From NCBI GenBank assembly GCA_964016885.1, contig OZ024741.1, positions 79,050,001-79,114,000 on the forward strand: DNA of 64,000 bases, given 5' to 3'. Positions 51,101 to 64,000 of this stretch are shown here, piece by piece. A model generated the notes under the pieces. The model ran no database searches and had not been told where the DNA came from. It saw only the letters and a list, made by a program, of their open reading frames with translations. Source of the DNA: Eledone cirrhosa (taxonomy: Eukaryota). Every line of letters starts with the position of its first letter. Within the stretch, counting starts at the first letter, position 1. Position numbers and translations under genes: made by a program.

Positions 51101-53965
51101 TTAGCGAACTAGTTAAGCGAGCGTTGACGGGAGCCATCGTCAACAACAAGTGGTGGTTTGCTCTGAAAAGAGCGATTAGAATAGAGTCCATTAGGTTTAG
51201 TAAGGCTTTAGCTATAGAGGAAAATAGAGCAGAGGGAGAAATAGTTAGAAATAGTTAGAAAATTAGACGAGGCGCTTAGCAAAGGCATCGCGACCGACGT
51301 ACTTGCGGCGAAATTGGCCCTTGACCAATTCTTCAATGCAAAGCACGAAGGCTGCGTTGTCAGAGCTATGGTGCGTCTTCTCAGACACGAGGGGCCGAAT
51401 GCCGTTCAATGGGCCGGAGTGGCGAGGCGCGTCGTGGCAACAAAGCCACGATCTGGTCTTTGGCGGACCACGACGTGCGTATGCTACTCGATCCCGGGAA
51501 AATGTGTGAAGCTTTTCAGCGACATTTCGCTCAACTGTACGGGGGCAGCGGCGGGCCGGGTAGAGGGATGGACTTTAGTGTCTACCTCGGCGGACTGCCG
51601 TGGCTCTCGGCCACTGAGGCGGAGTGTTGCGAAAAGCCGATAACAGCTGCTGAAGTACGGGAGGCAATGACTGGCTGCACAAGGGGTAAATCGCCTGGGT
51701 TGGATGGTCTGTCTTATGAACTTTACGTACATATGACAGACTTGTTCGGAGGCCTCTTGGCGGACGCCTGCTGCAACTAGCAACAGAACGGGAGAATTCC
51801 CATCTCTGTGAGCCGAGGATCAGTGGCGCTGCTGAGAAAGGATCCGAACAAGGGGGATAAACATAGATAATTTCAGGCCCGTAACTCTGCTAAACACAGA
51901 GTTCAAGATTTTATCCAAGGTGCTAGCAAATGTGCTAGCAAAGAGGTTGGCGCTTGTCGTTGGTGGTCTGGTGGGAGAGGCGCAGACATGCGCCATTCCC
52001 GACAGATCCATCCACGACAACCTCCACCTCATGCGATACATCATAGAGAGGGTAGCTAGGGAACCTGGAACGGGTGGGTCTTTGATAAATTTAGATCAGT
52101 CGAAAGCTTTCGATAGGGTCGACCATTGTTACCTAGCGGCAGTCCTGAGGGCGGCTGGTTTTGGGCCCATCTTCAAAGGCTTTATCGCTGCCATGCACAG
52201 CGACATCTGCTCTGTGGTGAGAGTGAACGGTCACCTTTCGGAACCGTTCAAGATCATGCGCTCGGTCCGCCAAGGATGTCCCCTCTCGTCGCTCTTGTAC
52301 GTATTGACTCTCAAGCCATTACTGCACAAACTGGAGACGTTGAGAGGCGTCCTGTGTGAACTAGGATGCGGAAGATCCGTGTCAGCATATTCGGACGATG
52401 TCACCCTAGTTGTGACGAACGCCGAACACATCGAGGCGATCGGCACTACACTAAGAGAATACGAAGCGGTGACAGGAGCAATGATCAACCAGGAAAAGAC
52501 AGTGGGCCTGCAGTTCGGCACCTGGAGAGGCAGGTCCATGCCGTCCAACAGCGTCGTCGGGCGCTGGCCGGACGGACCGGTTAAATTGCTAGGGGTCTGG
52601 TTCGGTCAGGACCTACAGACGGACAAAAACTGGGACGAGGTGACGGGCAGGGTGGCTTCTCTCACCCAGAAATGGGCGGAAAGGAAGCTATCCCTGAAAG
52701 GTCGAGCGGAGGTGGCTAACTCGTACATCGACTGACTGCGCTGGAGCGTTTGCTCTTTCGCTTTTTCTGGAAGGGACGCGCTCCGATGTTCAGGCGGTCC
52801 TTCTGTTGTCAACACCCGCTACGTGGAGGGCTGGGCAGCCGTGGCTGATGATGCGCAGGCACTCTCTCAGGTTACGACATCTCCACCTCTTCCTCGACGG
52901 TGATCAGGTGTGGTCGCTGTTTGCTAGACGCGTTTTTCCCCAGCTCGTTTCCTTGACGGAGCTGCCGTCCTGGGTCAAGCGAAGACCGAGAGGGAGCGCT
53001 TGGAGACTGGAATGTCTTCAGGCGCTCACAGCCCAGCCCTCGACCAATCGGGCAATGTGCTCGGTGGAAACTCCACCTCGGCGTTCTATAGAGGATTAGT
53101 GGAGGAGAAGAGCGACGACGTACTTGGGGAAACTCTAGGCCTCGACGAAAATCAACTAGCCAATCTCTTCCGAAGGACTTTCGGGCCGGGGCCTATGGAC
53201 AACTTCCAGAAATCCCTGGCCTGGCAGTGCTATCCAGGAGCCTTGTCAATTCGGGATAAACTCTACAGGCATGGAGGTGCCGTCAGCCGAGCATGTCCGA
53301 GATGCGCGCAGGGCAACGAAACCGTCCTGCACGCACTCGTCCAGTGTCCGAGAATTGCTGACTTGTGGGTTTATGTCAAACACCTGCTGTCGCGTGTAGG
53401 ACGAATCCGGTTATCAGCTGAGTCCATCGTGAGTATTTCCCCGCCCACTTCCTTTATCCGGGAAGGTCAGGCAGTTTTTATCTGTCTGGTGGCCATGGCG
53501 AAAGAGATAGTATGGTGGACACGTTTGAAAGGGCTGAAGACGAGTACTTACCTCTTCGGTGATGCCCTGATTGACTTTTTCAAATTTCATTTGAAAAGGA
53601 AAATCAGGGTAGAGAAGGAAGTGCTCTCTTCCCAGCATTTTGTTGAAAGATGGGTGAGAGAAGCAAGAATGACCCGAGTGAATGGGCCTATTCTGAGTAT
53701 ATATCTGTAAATTAAAGGTGTAAAACTGGGAGAGGGCACTTTTTTGCCCTGGTCTTCAAGGTTACTGTGGCCTTTTAATGGGCTTTCTCCATAAATGTCC
53801 CTCCGAAGTCTCCCCCTTATTGGGGAATTTTTCATTGTTATTTTTTTTGTTACATCCTGTTTTTTTTTTTTTACACGCAGAAATGCCCATTTGTAACATC
53901 CTGTATTGTCCTGCGCTGTTCTTAATGTCTACTTTATGTAAACCCTTGTGGTTAATAAAGAAATC
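48143..53965 (+). mobile_element. Tx1-clade LINE, copy E, full length, decayed
   Basis: GGTGACCTACG start, ORF1 and ORF2 fragments, and an (ATT)7 tail at 53966-53986. Confidence 0.93.
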
Positions 53966-53986
53966 ATTATTATTATTATTATTATT

Positions 53987-56900
53987 GGCGACCTACGTAG
54001 TAAATCGTATCACCGTGAGCTCCGCAAAGGTTTGTTATTTCCGTTTGTTAAAAATTGCCATTTATGGAAAATTTTTATTGTTAACTCTATATAAGCGCAC
54101 ATACATTGTTTTCCGAAAAGAACACCCAAAAAGATTGGGGCCTTGTGCCCAAAATTTAAACTTTTATGATTATCAAAAAATTGCTTTGAAAAAAAATGGC
54201 TACTTCACCTCTGCACCAAGCAGCTGAGAGCCATCCTCACAAACTAACACCTCACACCGACACCACCATTGTAAATATTACTACGTTTGCCAACACTAAA
54301 AATTTAATCAGTAGCAATATTTTAAATTTGTCTCAGGCAGACATTTATTTCCCGCCATTACCAATGACTGCAGGCGTTAAAGCCGCCACCACCACCACCA
54401 CCACCGCGACAACAGAAACCAAAGGAAAAAATGAATCAACTCGTGATATCGAAATGATTTCAACCAAAGTGGACTCTTCCACACTGAACACCATTGACGT
54501 CACCACCACCACAACTGAAGCTAAAATTAATAATAACAAAAATAACGATAACAACAACAGCAACAATGACATTAAAAAAACCACCCTGAGTTTTGCCAGA
54601 GAAGCAAAACAGTGCGAAGCATTTACGGTAACTCAGGAGGAATTAGAAAATGCCAAACAAATGGTAAAGAAAGATGGGTACAGGGTCAGCCCCCCCCACA
54701 CCTAATAAAATGGAGCATCGGCGCCTATGCGCCGTGTCGTATCGAACAATTAATGTAAAATCGCGCCGAGTGGAACGGGCATCCGAGTCCCAAATCCAAA
54801 AAGCTTTGGGACATGTGTGGGCAAGAAAAACCCACATCAGACGTGGGCAAAAGTATGGAACCGTGGACATGGTCTTTGAAACACCAGAGGAGGCTAGAGA
54901 ACACTCCATGGCCCCATTAAGAAGTGACGACTTCACACTCGTCCCAAGCTATTGTGGCCAGAGACTCGTAAAGATCAGGGTGACCCACGTTCCACCGGCC
55001 ATCGAAATTCCCTGGCTAATAGCGGCCGTCCTCGCCGGCATCGAAGCCAACACCAAGATAATAGCAATAGCAAAAGAAAAGCAGGAGAACTGGTCCGGAT
55101 CTGGGATGGAGCTCCTGATCCAGGCGGACCAAAAAAGTATTGAGGAGATCCCAGAGGTAATAGACCTCACTGACGGCAGCCACCTCACCGTAATTGTCGA
55201 GGGCAGAAGGCCTAGGTGTGTCGTTTGTGGTGAAGGAACCCACCTAAGGGCTTTCTGCCCTCAGGCTAAAAGGTTGAGGCCACCTCTCCTACCCACTCCA
55301 GTGACACAACCATCAACACCACCAGTAGCAGAGATGGCAGCAAAAACTGTAGCGGCAACAATAGAAGCAACTATAACAGCAACAACCCCAGCAACAGTAG
55401 CAAAACTAACACCACCACCACCCAACGCTTCAGAACTAGCACCAGCGCCTACACCATCCACCACACCACTACCAAAACTAACGCCTGTGGAGGATTTTAC
55501 ACTCCGCGGCCTATCACAACTGGAGACAGATTGTAACGACGAAGAGTGGGAAACGGTATCAGGAAAAAAGAAAAAAATAAACCAAAAAAGAAAAAATTAT
55601 CTTCTTTCGCCCTCCAAAAACAAAATACAGAGGGAAACAAATAAATTAACAAACAAAAAAGTTAGGACAGATATGCCACCATACACACCAGCATCACCAA
55701 CCTCATCACCCCAAACACCAACACCATCACCATCATTAACCCCAACACCACCATCACCTACACCACAAAAGTCACCAAAATGCGAAACAGAAACAAACGC
55801 ACGACAAACGCAAACAAAACAAACAACCAAAACGATACATACTACACAGCATTAAATATGAACAACAACCAATTATTACACTACATCCAACACAACACCA
55901 GCATCACAGAAAAAGACTACACAACAACCCAAAAATTCACACCACCTCCACACATACAAATCACTCGCATCACACAGAAAACGTACATGACACTAAAACA
56001 TAAATTCCCCAAAGACATCGGAGACTTCCGACAAGCACTCTCCAGGAGGATTTATAAGGACATCCTTCCTGAGGAGGCCACAAGCAGTGAAAAGGATGGA
56101 AAAACTGTCCTTCCTCTACGAGAAGTAAGGTAAGTGGTCTTTCCCATCCATTTCAACATGACCTCACTCAGAATAGGCAGCATAAATGCGCGTGGCTTGG
56201 GGTCGTCAAGGAAGCAGGGCCACCTGCTCAACGACCTCACGTCACTAAACATAGATGTAGCGTCCGTCAGCCAGACCAGAATCTCCGAAGCACGGGCCTT
56301 CGCACCGATCTTCGGCGGCTACGATGTGTACGCATCTCCCACCCGTCCGGGATCGGGGGGTGGAGTTGCTGTCCTTTTTCGGAGAGGTTTGGATCTCGCC
56401 ATACGGGCCATCTTCCTGGACCCAGAAGGTAAGTTGGTGGTGCTTGACGTGACCAGCGGAGACGGGCAAGCATTCAGGTTAGTGGCCGTCTATGCCCGAC
56501 AGGAGCAGGGTGGCCTGATTTCTTCCGGCGTCTGGCGACCTTTCTTGGAACGTCCAGCTCTTTAGTGTTAGTGGGCGACTGGAACGGGATCTTAGATGCA
56601 CGCTGGGACTGTGTGGGATTAGCGGATAGGGGAGGAGGGTGCAAGAGCCTAACCAACCTGCTCAGGCGTTTTGAACTGTCTGACAGGTACTAATTGGATT
56701 TCCCGAATGTGCCAATATGGACTTGGACAAATCGTATCGGGTCACCCCGATCATATCTAGATAGAGTATTTTGTAGGGAAATAGATAGGTCTAGCATAAG
56801 CTGTCCACAATTCAAGATAGTCAGCTACACGGACCACAAATTCGTGATATGTGTGCTTGACTTAGATAGGCTTCATAGGCGAGGTCCTGGCTACTGGAAG

Positions 56901-58736
56901 CTAAACGCATCCTTACCAGCGTGCAAGACCTACAGAGACCGGATTAGCGAACTAGTTAAGCGGGTGTTGACGGGGGCCATCGTCAACAACAAGTGGTGGT
57001 TTGCTCTGAAAAGAGCAATTAGAATAGAGCCCATTAGGTTTAGTAAGGCTTTAGCAATAGAGAAAAATAGAGCAGAGGGAGAATTAGTTAGAAACTAGGA
57101 TGCGGAAGATCCGTGTCAGCATATGCGGACGATGTCACCGTAGTGGTGTCGAACGTCAAACACATCGAGGCGATCGGCACTACACTAAGAGAATACGAAG
57201 CGGTGACAGGAGCAATGATCAACCAGGAAAAGACAGTGGGCCTGCAGTTCGGCACCTGGAGAGGCAGGTCCATGCCGTCCAACAGCGTCGTCGGGCGCTG
57301 GCCGGACGGACGGGTTAAATTGCTAGGGGTCTGGTTCGGTCTGGACCTCCAGACGGACAAAAACTGGGACGAGGTGACGAGCAGGGTGGATTCTCTCACC
57401 CAGAAATGGGCCGATAGGAAGCTATACCTGAACGGTCGAGCGGAGGTGGCTAACGCGTACATCGCGTCCGTCATCTACTACCGCCTGACGGTCGTACCTT
57501 TTCCTAAGCCCTGCCTGACTGCGCTGGAGCGTTTGCTCTTTCGCTTTCTGTGGAAGGGACGCGCTCCGATGGTCAGGCGGTCCATCTGCTGTCAACTCCC
57601 GCTACGTGGAGGGCTGGGCATGCCTGGCTGATGATGCGCAGACACGCGCTCAGGCTACGACATCGCCACCTCTTCCTCGACGGTGATCAAGTGTGGTCGC
57701 CGTTTGCTAGACACGTCTTTCCCCAGCTCGTCTCCTTGACGGAGCTGCAGTCCTCGGTCAAGCGAAGACCGAGAGGGAGCGCTTGGAGACTAGAATGTTT
57801 TCAGGCGCTCACAGCCCTCGACCAATCGGGCAATGTGATCGGTGGAAACTCCACCTTGGCGTCCTATAGAGGATTAGTGGAGGGGAAGAGCGACGACTTA
57901 CTTGGAGAAACTCTAGGCGTCGACGAAAATCAACTAGCCAATCTCTTCGGAAGGACTTTCGGGCCGGGGCCTATGGACAACTACCAGAAATCCCTGGCCT
58001 GGCAGTGCTACCGGGGAGCTTTGCCAGTTCGGGATAAACTCTACAGGCATGGAGGTGCCGTCAGCCGGACATGTCCGAGATGCGCACAGGGCGACGAAAC
58101 CGTCCTGAACGCACTCGTCCAGTGTCCGAGCATTGCTGACTTGTGGGTTTATGTCGAACACCTGCTGTCGCGTGTAGGACGGACCCAGCTATCAGCTGAG
58201 TCCATCGTGAGGATTGCCCCGCCCTTTTTCCTTTAGCCGGGAAGGGCAGGCAGCTTTTATCTGTCTGGTGGCCATGGCGAAAGAGATAGTATGGTGGACA
58301 CGTTTGAAAGGGCTGAAGACCAGCACTTACCTCTTCGGTGATGCCCTGATTAACTTTTTCAAATTTCATTTGAAAAGGAAAATCAGGGTAGAGAGGGAAG
58401 TGCTCTCTTGCCAGCATTTTGTTGAAAGATGGGTGAGAGAAGCAAGTATGGCCCGAATAAATGGGCCTTCTCTGAGTATGTGTCTGTAAATTAAAGGTGG
58501 AAAACTGGGAGAGGGCACTTGCCCTGGTGGTCAGGGTCACTGTGGTCTTTTAATGGGCTTTCTCCACAAATGTCCCTCGGAAGTCTCCCCCCTATTGGGG
58601 AATTTTTTTTTGTTATTTTATTACATCCTATGATTTTTTTGTACACGCAGAAATGCCCATTTGTACCGTCCTGTATTCTCCTGTACTGTCCTTAATGTCT
58701 ACTTTATGTAAACCCTTGTTGTTAATAAAGAAAACC
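53987..58736 (+). mobile_element. Tx1-clade LINE, copy F, ~1.1-kb deletion in ORF2
   Basis: ORF1 54196-56133 in three pieces. ORF2 jumps from EGELVR to SAYADD at about 57095. (TTA)8 tail at 58737-58760. Confidence 0.93.
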
Positions 58737-58760
58737 TTATTATTATTATTATTATTATTA

Positions 58761-61700
58761 GGCACGATCTTTTTTTCTTTGTCCAAAACCACCAGGTCAG
58801 GTCTATTGTGTTCCAGTGTCTTGTCCGTCTGTATCCTAAAATCCCACACCTGATCGTTTTCTATCACCGCCTCTGGCTTATGCTCATACCACTTCTCAGA
58901 ATGTGGTAAATTGTTTACTTTGCATAGGTGCCAGTGGATCACCCTGCCCATCGCATCATGTCTCCAGCCCTTATAGTGAGTCTGGGCTAGGTGTTTACAC
59001 TCAGATACAATGTGAGCCACAGTCTCCTCTCTCTCTCCACAGATCCTGCACAGTGGGCTAGCCTCCTCCTTGTAAATGTGGTGTTTCAACCACTTCGTTT
59101 TGAGGGCCTGCTCCTGCGCAGCCATTAACATTCCTTCTGTAGCCTTTTTAAGGTCTCCTCTTTTCAACCAGTTCCATGTCTGTGGATCTCTAAATTCAGT
59201 TTTCTCAAAGAAGGTACTATGAAGGGATTTTTCCTGAAGGCTGCTCTTTCTCCTTGATGTTATTTCCTCCTTGGACATCCCCTGGCCTATTGTCCCCTCC
59301 TTCAGTACAGTTCTGAGCATTAGCTCCTTACTATCAGTCACGTATTTGTGTAGGTTGTTTTTCTCCATCTGAACACAGTCCTCTATGCTGATAAGACCTC
59401 TTCCACCTTCAGATCTCCTTAAATAGAGTCTATCGACATCACTCCTCTTGTGGAACATATTGTAGATAGTCAATAGCTTCCTAGTCTTCCTATCCATTTC
59501 TTTTTGTTCAGCAACATTCCATCTCAGAATTCCCGCACTGTACCTAATAATAGACACAGTTCGGGAATTTACTGCACTTATGGCATTCCTACTGTTCAGA
59601 TGTGACTTTAATACGCTCCTTACTCTCCGAAGGTATTCAGTTCTTATCAATTCCTTCATTTTTTTGTTCTTGATGTCATCAGCCTCCAGAACGCCCAAAT
59701 ACTTGTATCCTTCCTCAGAATCAATTTCCTTTATCGTCTCACCTGTTGGTACCTGGATTCCGTTACTTCTGCTCAACTTACCCCTCCTCATCACAATGAC
59801 TCCACATTTACTAATACCAAATTTCATACATATATCATTGCTGAAAATACGGACAGTGTCAACAAGCACATCCAACTCCTTCTCACTCTTCCCGAAGAGC
59901 TTAAGATCGTCCATGAATAGGAGGTGATTGATGGTAAGCCCTCCCTTTCCCAACCTGTATCCTGCTCTCACTTTTCGCAGTACACTGGTCAGGGGCATCA
60001 GGGCAAGGACAAACAACAGAGGGGACAGACTATCTCCCTGGAAGATACCTCCCTTGATCTTCACGCTTCCCAAGGATTCTCCAGCTGATGTCAACTCTGT
60101 TTCCCAGGACTTCATACTTTTGCCCAACAACTGTCTGATGTTATCTGCCACCTTGAAGAACTCCAGGCTTTTGGTGATCCAAGAATGAGGCACCATGTCA
60201 AATGCCTTTTTGTAGTCTATCCATCCCATGGCAAGACCAATGTGTCTCCTCTTGCAATTCCTCATTACCATCTTATCAATAAGTAACTGGTACTTTGTAC
60301 CACGTAACTTCTTTCGGCATCCTTTCTGTTCGTCCGGTAACAAGTTGTTTGTGTGGAGATGATGGTAGATTTCCTCAGACATAATGCTTGTCAACAGTTT
60401 CCACATTACGGACAGACATGTGATATGTCTATAGTTGGTAACATCATTACCCTTGATTCGGTCTTTCATTATCAGAACTGTGGTACCTTTTGTCAACCAC
60501 TCTGGTACCTCACCTGACATCAAGCAGTCATTGAACATGGTTGTCAGTTTCGGGTGGAGGGATGTTATGTTTTTAATCCAATACCCCTGCACACCATCTG
60601 GGCCTGGTGATTTCCACTTGGTTAGTTTTTTGGCCTGCCCCTTAAGAGTTTCAACTGTGATACTCAAATCAGTTTGTTGGTGTGCCTGTTCACTGATCTC
60701 CTTCTGTACTGTCTCAATCCACACTGCCTGGTCATTATGTTTAACATCCTGCTCCCATATTCCTCTCCAGAATGTTTTAGTTTGTTCCGCCTCAGGGATC
60801 AAGTCGTTGCCTCTTTCTTTCCCTTCAAGCTGTCCAAACAGCATCTTCTCGTTGTTGTCGAACATGCGGTTCTGTCTATACTGACTGACTCTGTTCTAGT
60901 ATCGCCTGATTTTTGCACTCTTTGCTACAATGCGTTGCTTCAGTTCCTCTATGATAATATTTAGCTTTTTCCTCCTAGTTTTGTACTTTATTTCCAGTCT
61001 ATTTTTAGTGTCTATGTTTTTTAGTGTCCCATTCAGTAGGGACTCAAGCTTTCCAATGTCATTTCTCATTTCCCTGATTTGACCACTCAGTCGTTTCTTC
61101 CACCAAGGCTCTGCTCTTTCTTGTCTGTTGTTTCCTCTCGCTTTTATACCAAGTAGTTTCCTCACCGTATTTGCTGTTGCTTTGAGGATATTGTTGCACT
61201 GGTGAAGGCTCCTCGCCTCAAGGTATGGGATGACTTTGTTTACCCTAGCTGTTGTTTCTTTTAACTTTTTCCTGTCTACAAATCTTAGGTTCATAGGTCT
61301 CCCACTATCATTGTTCAATTCATCTACCACTAAGTTTAGGATATCTACCAAATCTTGTCCTAGCCCGTCAGCATTCATCTCCTCAGTGGCAGTATCTCTG
61401 TTCCAGGTATTATTTATCTCAGCATTCAGATCATTGTCTGCTTCGGGTGGTTCCTCCGTTCTCTCGACCTCTTCACCTTCATTTCCCACTGGCTCGTTTG
61501 CCTGGCATACTCCACCCTCCATCTCCAAGCTAATCTCTCTGCTCAGTTCCTCCAGTTCCAGCTCGCTTATCCACCCATTAGTTCTTATTACCCGAGCCTG
61601 CCCGGCCAGTTTTTGTTCATCTAATTTAAATGGACCAATCTCGTTCCAGATGTTATGCATCCTTTTCCTATAGCCTTTCTCCTTGGGGTTACTCTTCAGG

Positions 61701-61903
61701 TAACATTGCATAACAGTTCTATTCAATTCTTTCGTCCAGTTGGTTCTGGTCCCTTTCCTTCTTCTTCTTCCTCCGACACCAGCAGTATTTGGTTGACAGC
61801 CAGGTCCCTGCTGCTGAGTCAGGGAGCACCTGTTGGGTGAGAGTCTGTCATATGACATTCTAGTCTCCATTTCACCGTTATTCGAACTGTTTAGGTTCGA
61901 CAT
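58761..61903 (-). pseudogene. R4/Dong-like LINE single ORF (RT, CCHC, partial RLE) with one in-frame stop and a 3' truncation
   Basis: ORFs 60896..61903 and 58628..60865 are in the same frame, separated by one TAG. Motifs: WIDYKKAFD, GIFQGDSLSP, FMDDLK, CRIC..ETVAHIVSEC, RHD, NRPDLV. Confidence 0.93.
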
Positions 61904-62227
61904 TTAAACACTCTTATCGAGGATTGGCGAATGTATGATTACATAACCACCGGTGAATTACTTGTCTCCGGTGGTTTCGTCACTCCACGTGACTTTTGTG
62001 TGGCATTATCACGCTGTAGACGAACCCAAATAAACAAACAAACAAACAGGCAGAAAAAAACTCCAAAAATGAATAAGCATAAGTTTCATTGTAATGTAGT
62101 GTTTGAATGTCTGACTTAGTTTTTCCCTTCCCTTCTCTGTCCGTCCGTTTGCTTTTCTCTTCATTTTTATTTCCTTTACGTTTTTCGTTGTTGCTGTGCT
62201 GCTTTGATTTTGATTTTTGTTTTTTTG

Positions 62228-63082
62228 ATTTTGACCGGGTCATCAATTCAGTCTATTTATATATTTTGATGCCTTCCTCTTTTAGTGAGAATTCTACAAT
62301 GTAGCAGGGGCTAGCGGGAGAGAATAGCAGCGGTAGTGACAATGAGGCAGCGGCGGCGGCGGCGATGGCGGTGCTGTGCCAGCAGCAACTAGCAGGAGAT
62401 AGTGGGAGAGAGTAGCGGCGGTAGCGATAATGAGGCAGCGGCGGTGGCGATGTGGTCGTATTACTGTAGCGATGGTGTTGAAGATGGAGTAGAAATTTGA
62501 GTCGACTTGACCAGAGTTTTCATCGTAGTAGTGGTGGTGGCACTGGTGGTGAAATTATCTTTAGTGAAATTATCATTAGTCGCGTATATGTGTTGACATA
62601 TTTTCTTAATATTGGAATTAAACATTTTGTTAAAACTAAAACTTTATTTTTTTATTTTTTTTTATTTTGACCGAGTCATCAATTCAGTCTATTTATATAT
62701 TTTGATGTTTTCCTCTTTTAGTGGGAATTCTACAATGTAGCAGGGGGTAGCGGGAGAGAATAGCGGCGGTAGTGATATTGAGGCAGCGGCGGCGGTGGTG
62801 GCGGCGGTGCTGTGCTAGCAGCAACTAGCAGGAGGTAGTGGGAGAGAATAGCGGCAGTAGCGATAATGAGGCAGCGATGGTGGTGATGTGGTCGTATTAC
62901 TGTAGTGACCGTGTTGAAGTTGGAGTAGAAATTTGAGTCGACTTGACCAGAGTTTTCATCGTAGTAGTGGTGGTGGTATTGGTGGTGAAATTATCTTTAG
63001 TGAAATTATCGTTAGTCACGTATATGTGTTGACATATATTTCCTTAATATTGGAATTAAACATTTTGTTAAAACTAAAACTT
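62228..63082. repeat. Tandem duplication, ~437-bp unit, two copies
   Basis: 62228-62643 is repeated at about 62665-63082. Confidence 0.9.
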
Positions 63083-63506
63083 GAGGCAATAGTAATAGTA
63101 ATTATTATTATTATGCTGAGATTGGTGGTGGTGGTGGTGAAATTGCCGGTATCTGGCTGTTGTGTTTAGTGTACACAGAGGGGTGATGGGGTAGGTGGTG
63201 TATCTAGTTTCTGATGTTGGTGAAATTGCTGTTATTTGGCTGTTCTATATAGTGTAGACAGAGGGGGTTTTCTTCCATTTATAACCATTTTCTTTTATTA
63301 ATATAAAATGTATAATACAAAATTGAATATTTGAGCGATATAACAATATATTATGGATCCGAATTTTTTGGGACTCAAGCCGGGGATGTTTTATGCAACA
63401 TTTGTACTAAGAATTGTTATTTCACAATTGATTTAAATATGTTAAAAAATCAAAACTTACGGGAGCGATTTCTCGACCTTCTATCCACCATGTGTGTCAT
63501 CTTCCC

Positions 63507-63572
<66 letters not shown>
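63507..63572. repeat. (TTA)n microsatellite; (TAA)n tail of the adjacent R4-like LINE
   Basis: Seen directly. Confidence 0.97.
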
Positions 63573-63573
<1 letters not shown>

Positions 63574-64000
63574 AGTTGCATTTATCTTGCTTTATGTTCA
63601 TACGAGTTATCACCAAGTCACAACCAGTGACCTCAAGAGACAACAATGGTCCGCCATGTTCAAGAAAGAACATACATACTCACACATGCATCTTTAGTGT
63701 TTAGGCTTGTGATGTACTTATATTGATAGAATCTTCCTTAGTATATGGGCAGTTCCCATTAGTACTATCTTTTGTATTTCTCCTATACGCGGGTTTCCTG
63801 GGATTTGCGATAAGTAATCATTAGACCCCTTAGGTATCATTCCCAGAGCGCCTACAACCACTGGTATTGTTTTAGTTCTCAATTTCCACATTTTTCCAAT
63901 TTCTATCTCTAGGTCTTTATATTTGCTCAATTTTTCAAATGTTTTTATAGATACATTCTTGTCTATTGGAACAGACATATCAATTAGCAGGCATACCCTC
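63573..64000 (-). mobile_element. 3' end of another R4/Dong-like LINE (RLE C-terminus + 3' UTR)
   Basis: ORF 63718..63978: EKLSKYKDLEIEI.KMW..PVVVGALG..EIQKIVLMGTAHILR. Confidence 0.88.

Noticed and set aside
54685-54710. Programmed frameshift in ORF1 at the C-rich tract
   Set aside because: The required shift differs between copies (-1 in A/E, +1 in F) and D reads through the equivalent region, so homopolymer indels explain it.
58628-58760. C-terminal extension NNNNNNKVFF... of the 745-aa ORF
   Set aside because: It is read-through into the antisense tail and 3' UTR of Tx1 copy F.
61940-62000. Hammerhead in the R4-like leader (stem-GAAA-stem)
   Set aside because: There is no CUGANGA core and no stem I.

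Overview
This is eukaryotic, AT- and microsatellite-rich DNA made almost entirely of retroelements, and I recognise no host gene. The tRNA-type SINEs resemble octopus SINEs as I recall them, so a cephalopod origin is inferred, not shown. (1) Six Tx1/L1-clade LINEs form two head-to-tail arrays pointing away from each other: 1-9060 on the minus strand and 36189-58736 on the plus strand. Neighbouring copies are joined by (ATT)n. (2) A (CATA)n zone at 9.7-18.5 kb holds R4/Dong-like RLE LINEs on plus and five copies of a ~600-bp non-coding retroposon on minus. (3) A (TA)n zone at 21.7-34.5 kb holds Penelope-like (RT + GIY-YIG) remnants, four fold-back structures and many hammerhead ribozyme motifs, including two tandem-repeat, retrozyme-like units of 483 and ~433 nt. 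(4) R4/Dong-like LINEs associated with (TAA)n occupy the right end. The most interesting signals are the hammerhead-bearing repeats, the partitioning of retroelement families by microsatellite type, shared lesions suggesting Tx1 pairs were copied together, and a conserved splice-donor-like motif on the Tx1 ORF1 stop that could fuse ORF1 to ORF2 in frame. All alignments and folds were read by eye, so boundaries are approximate.
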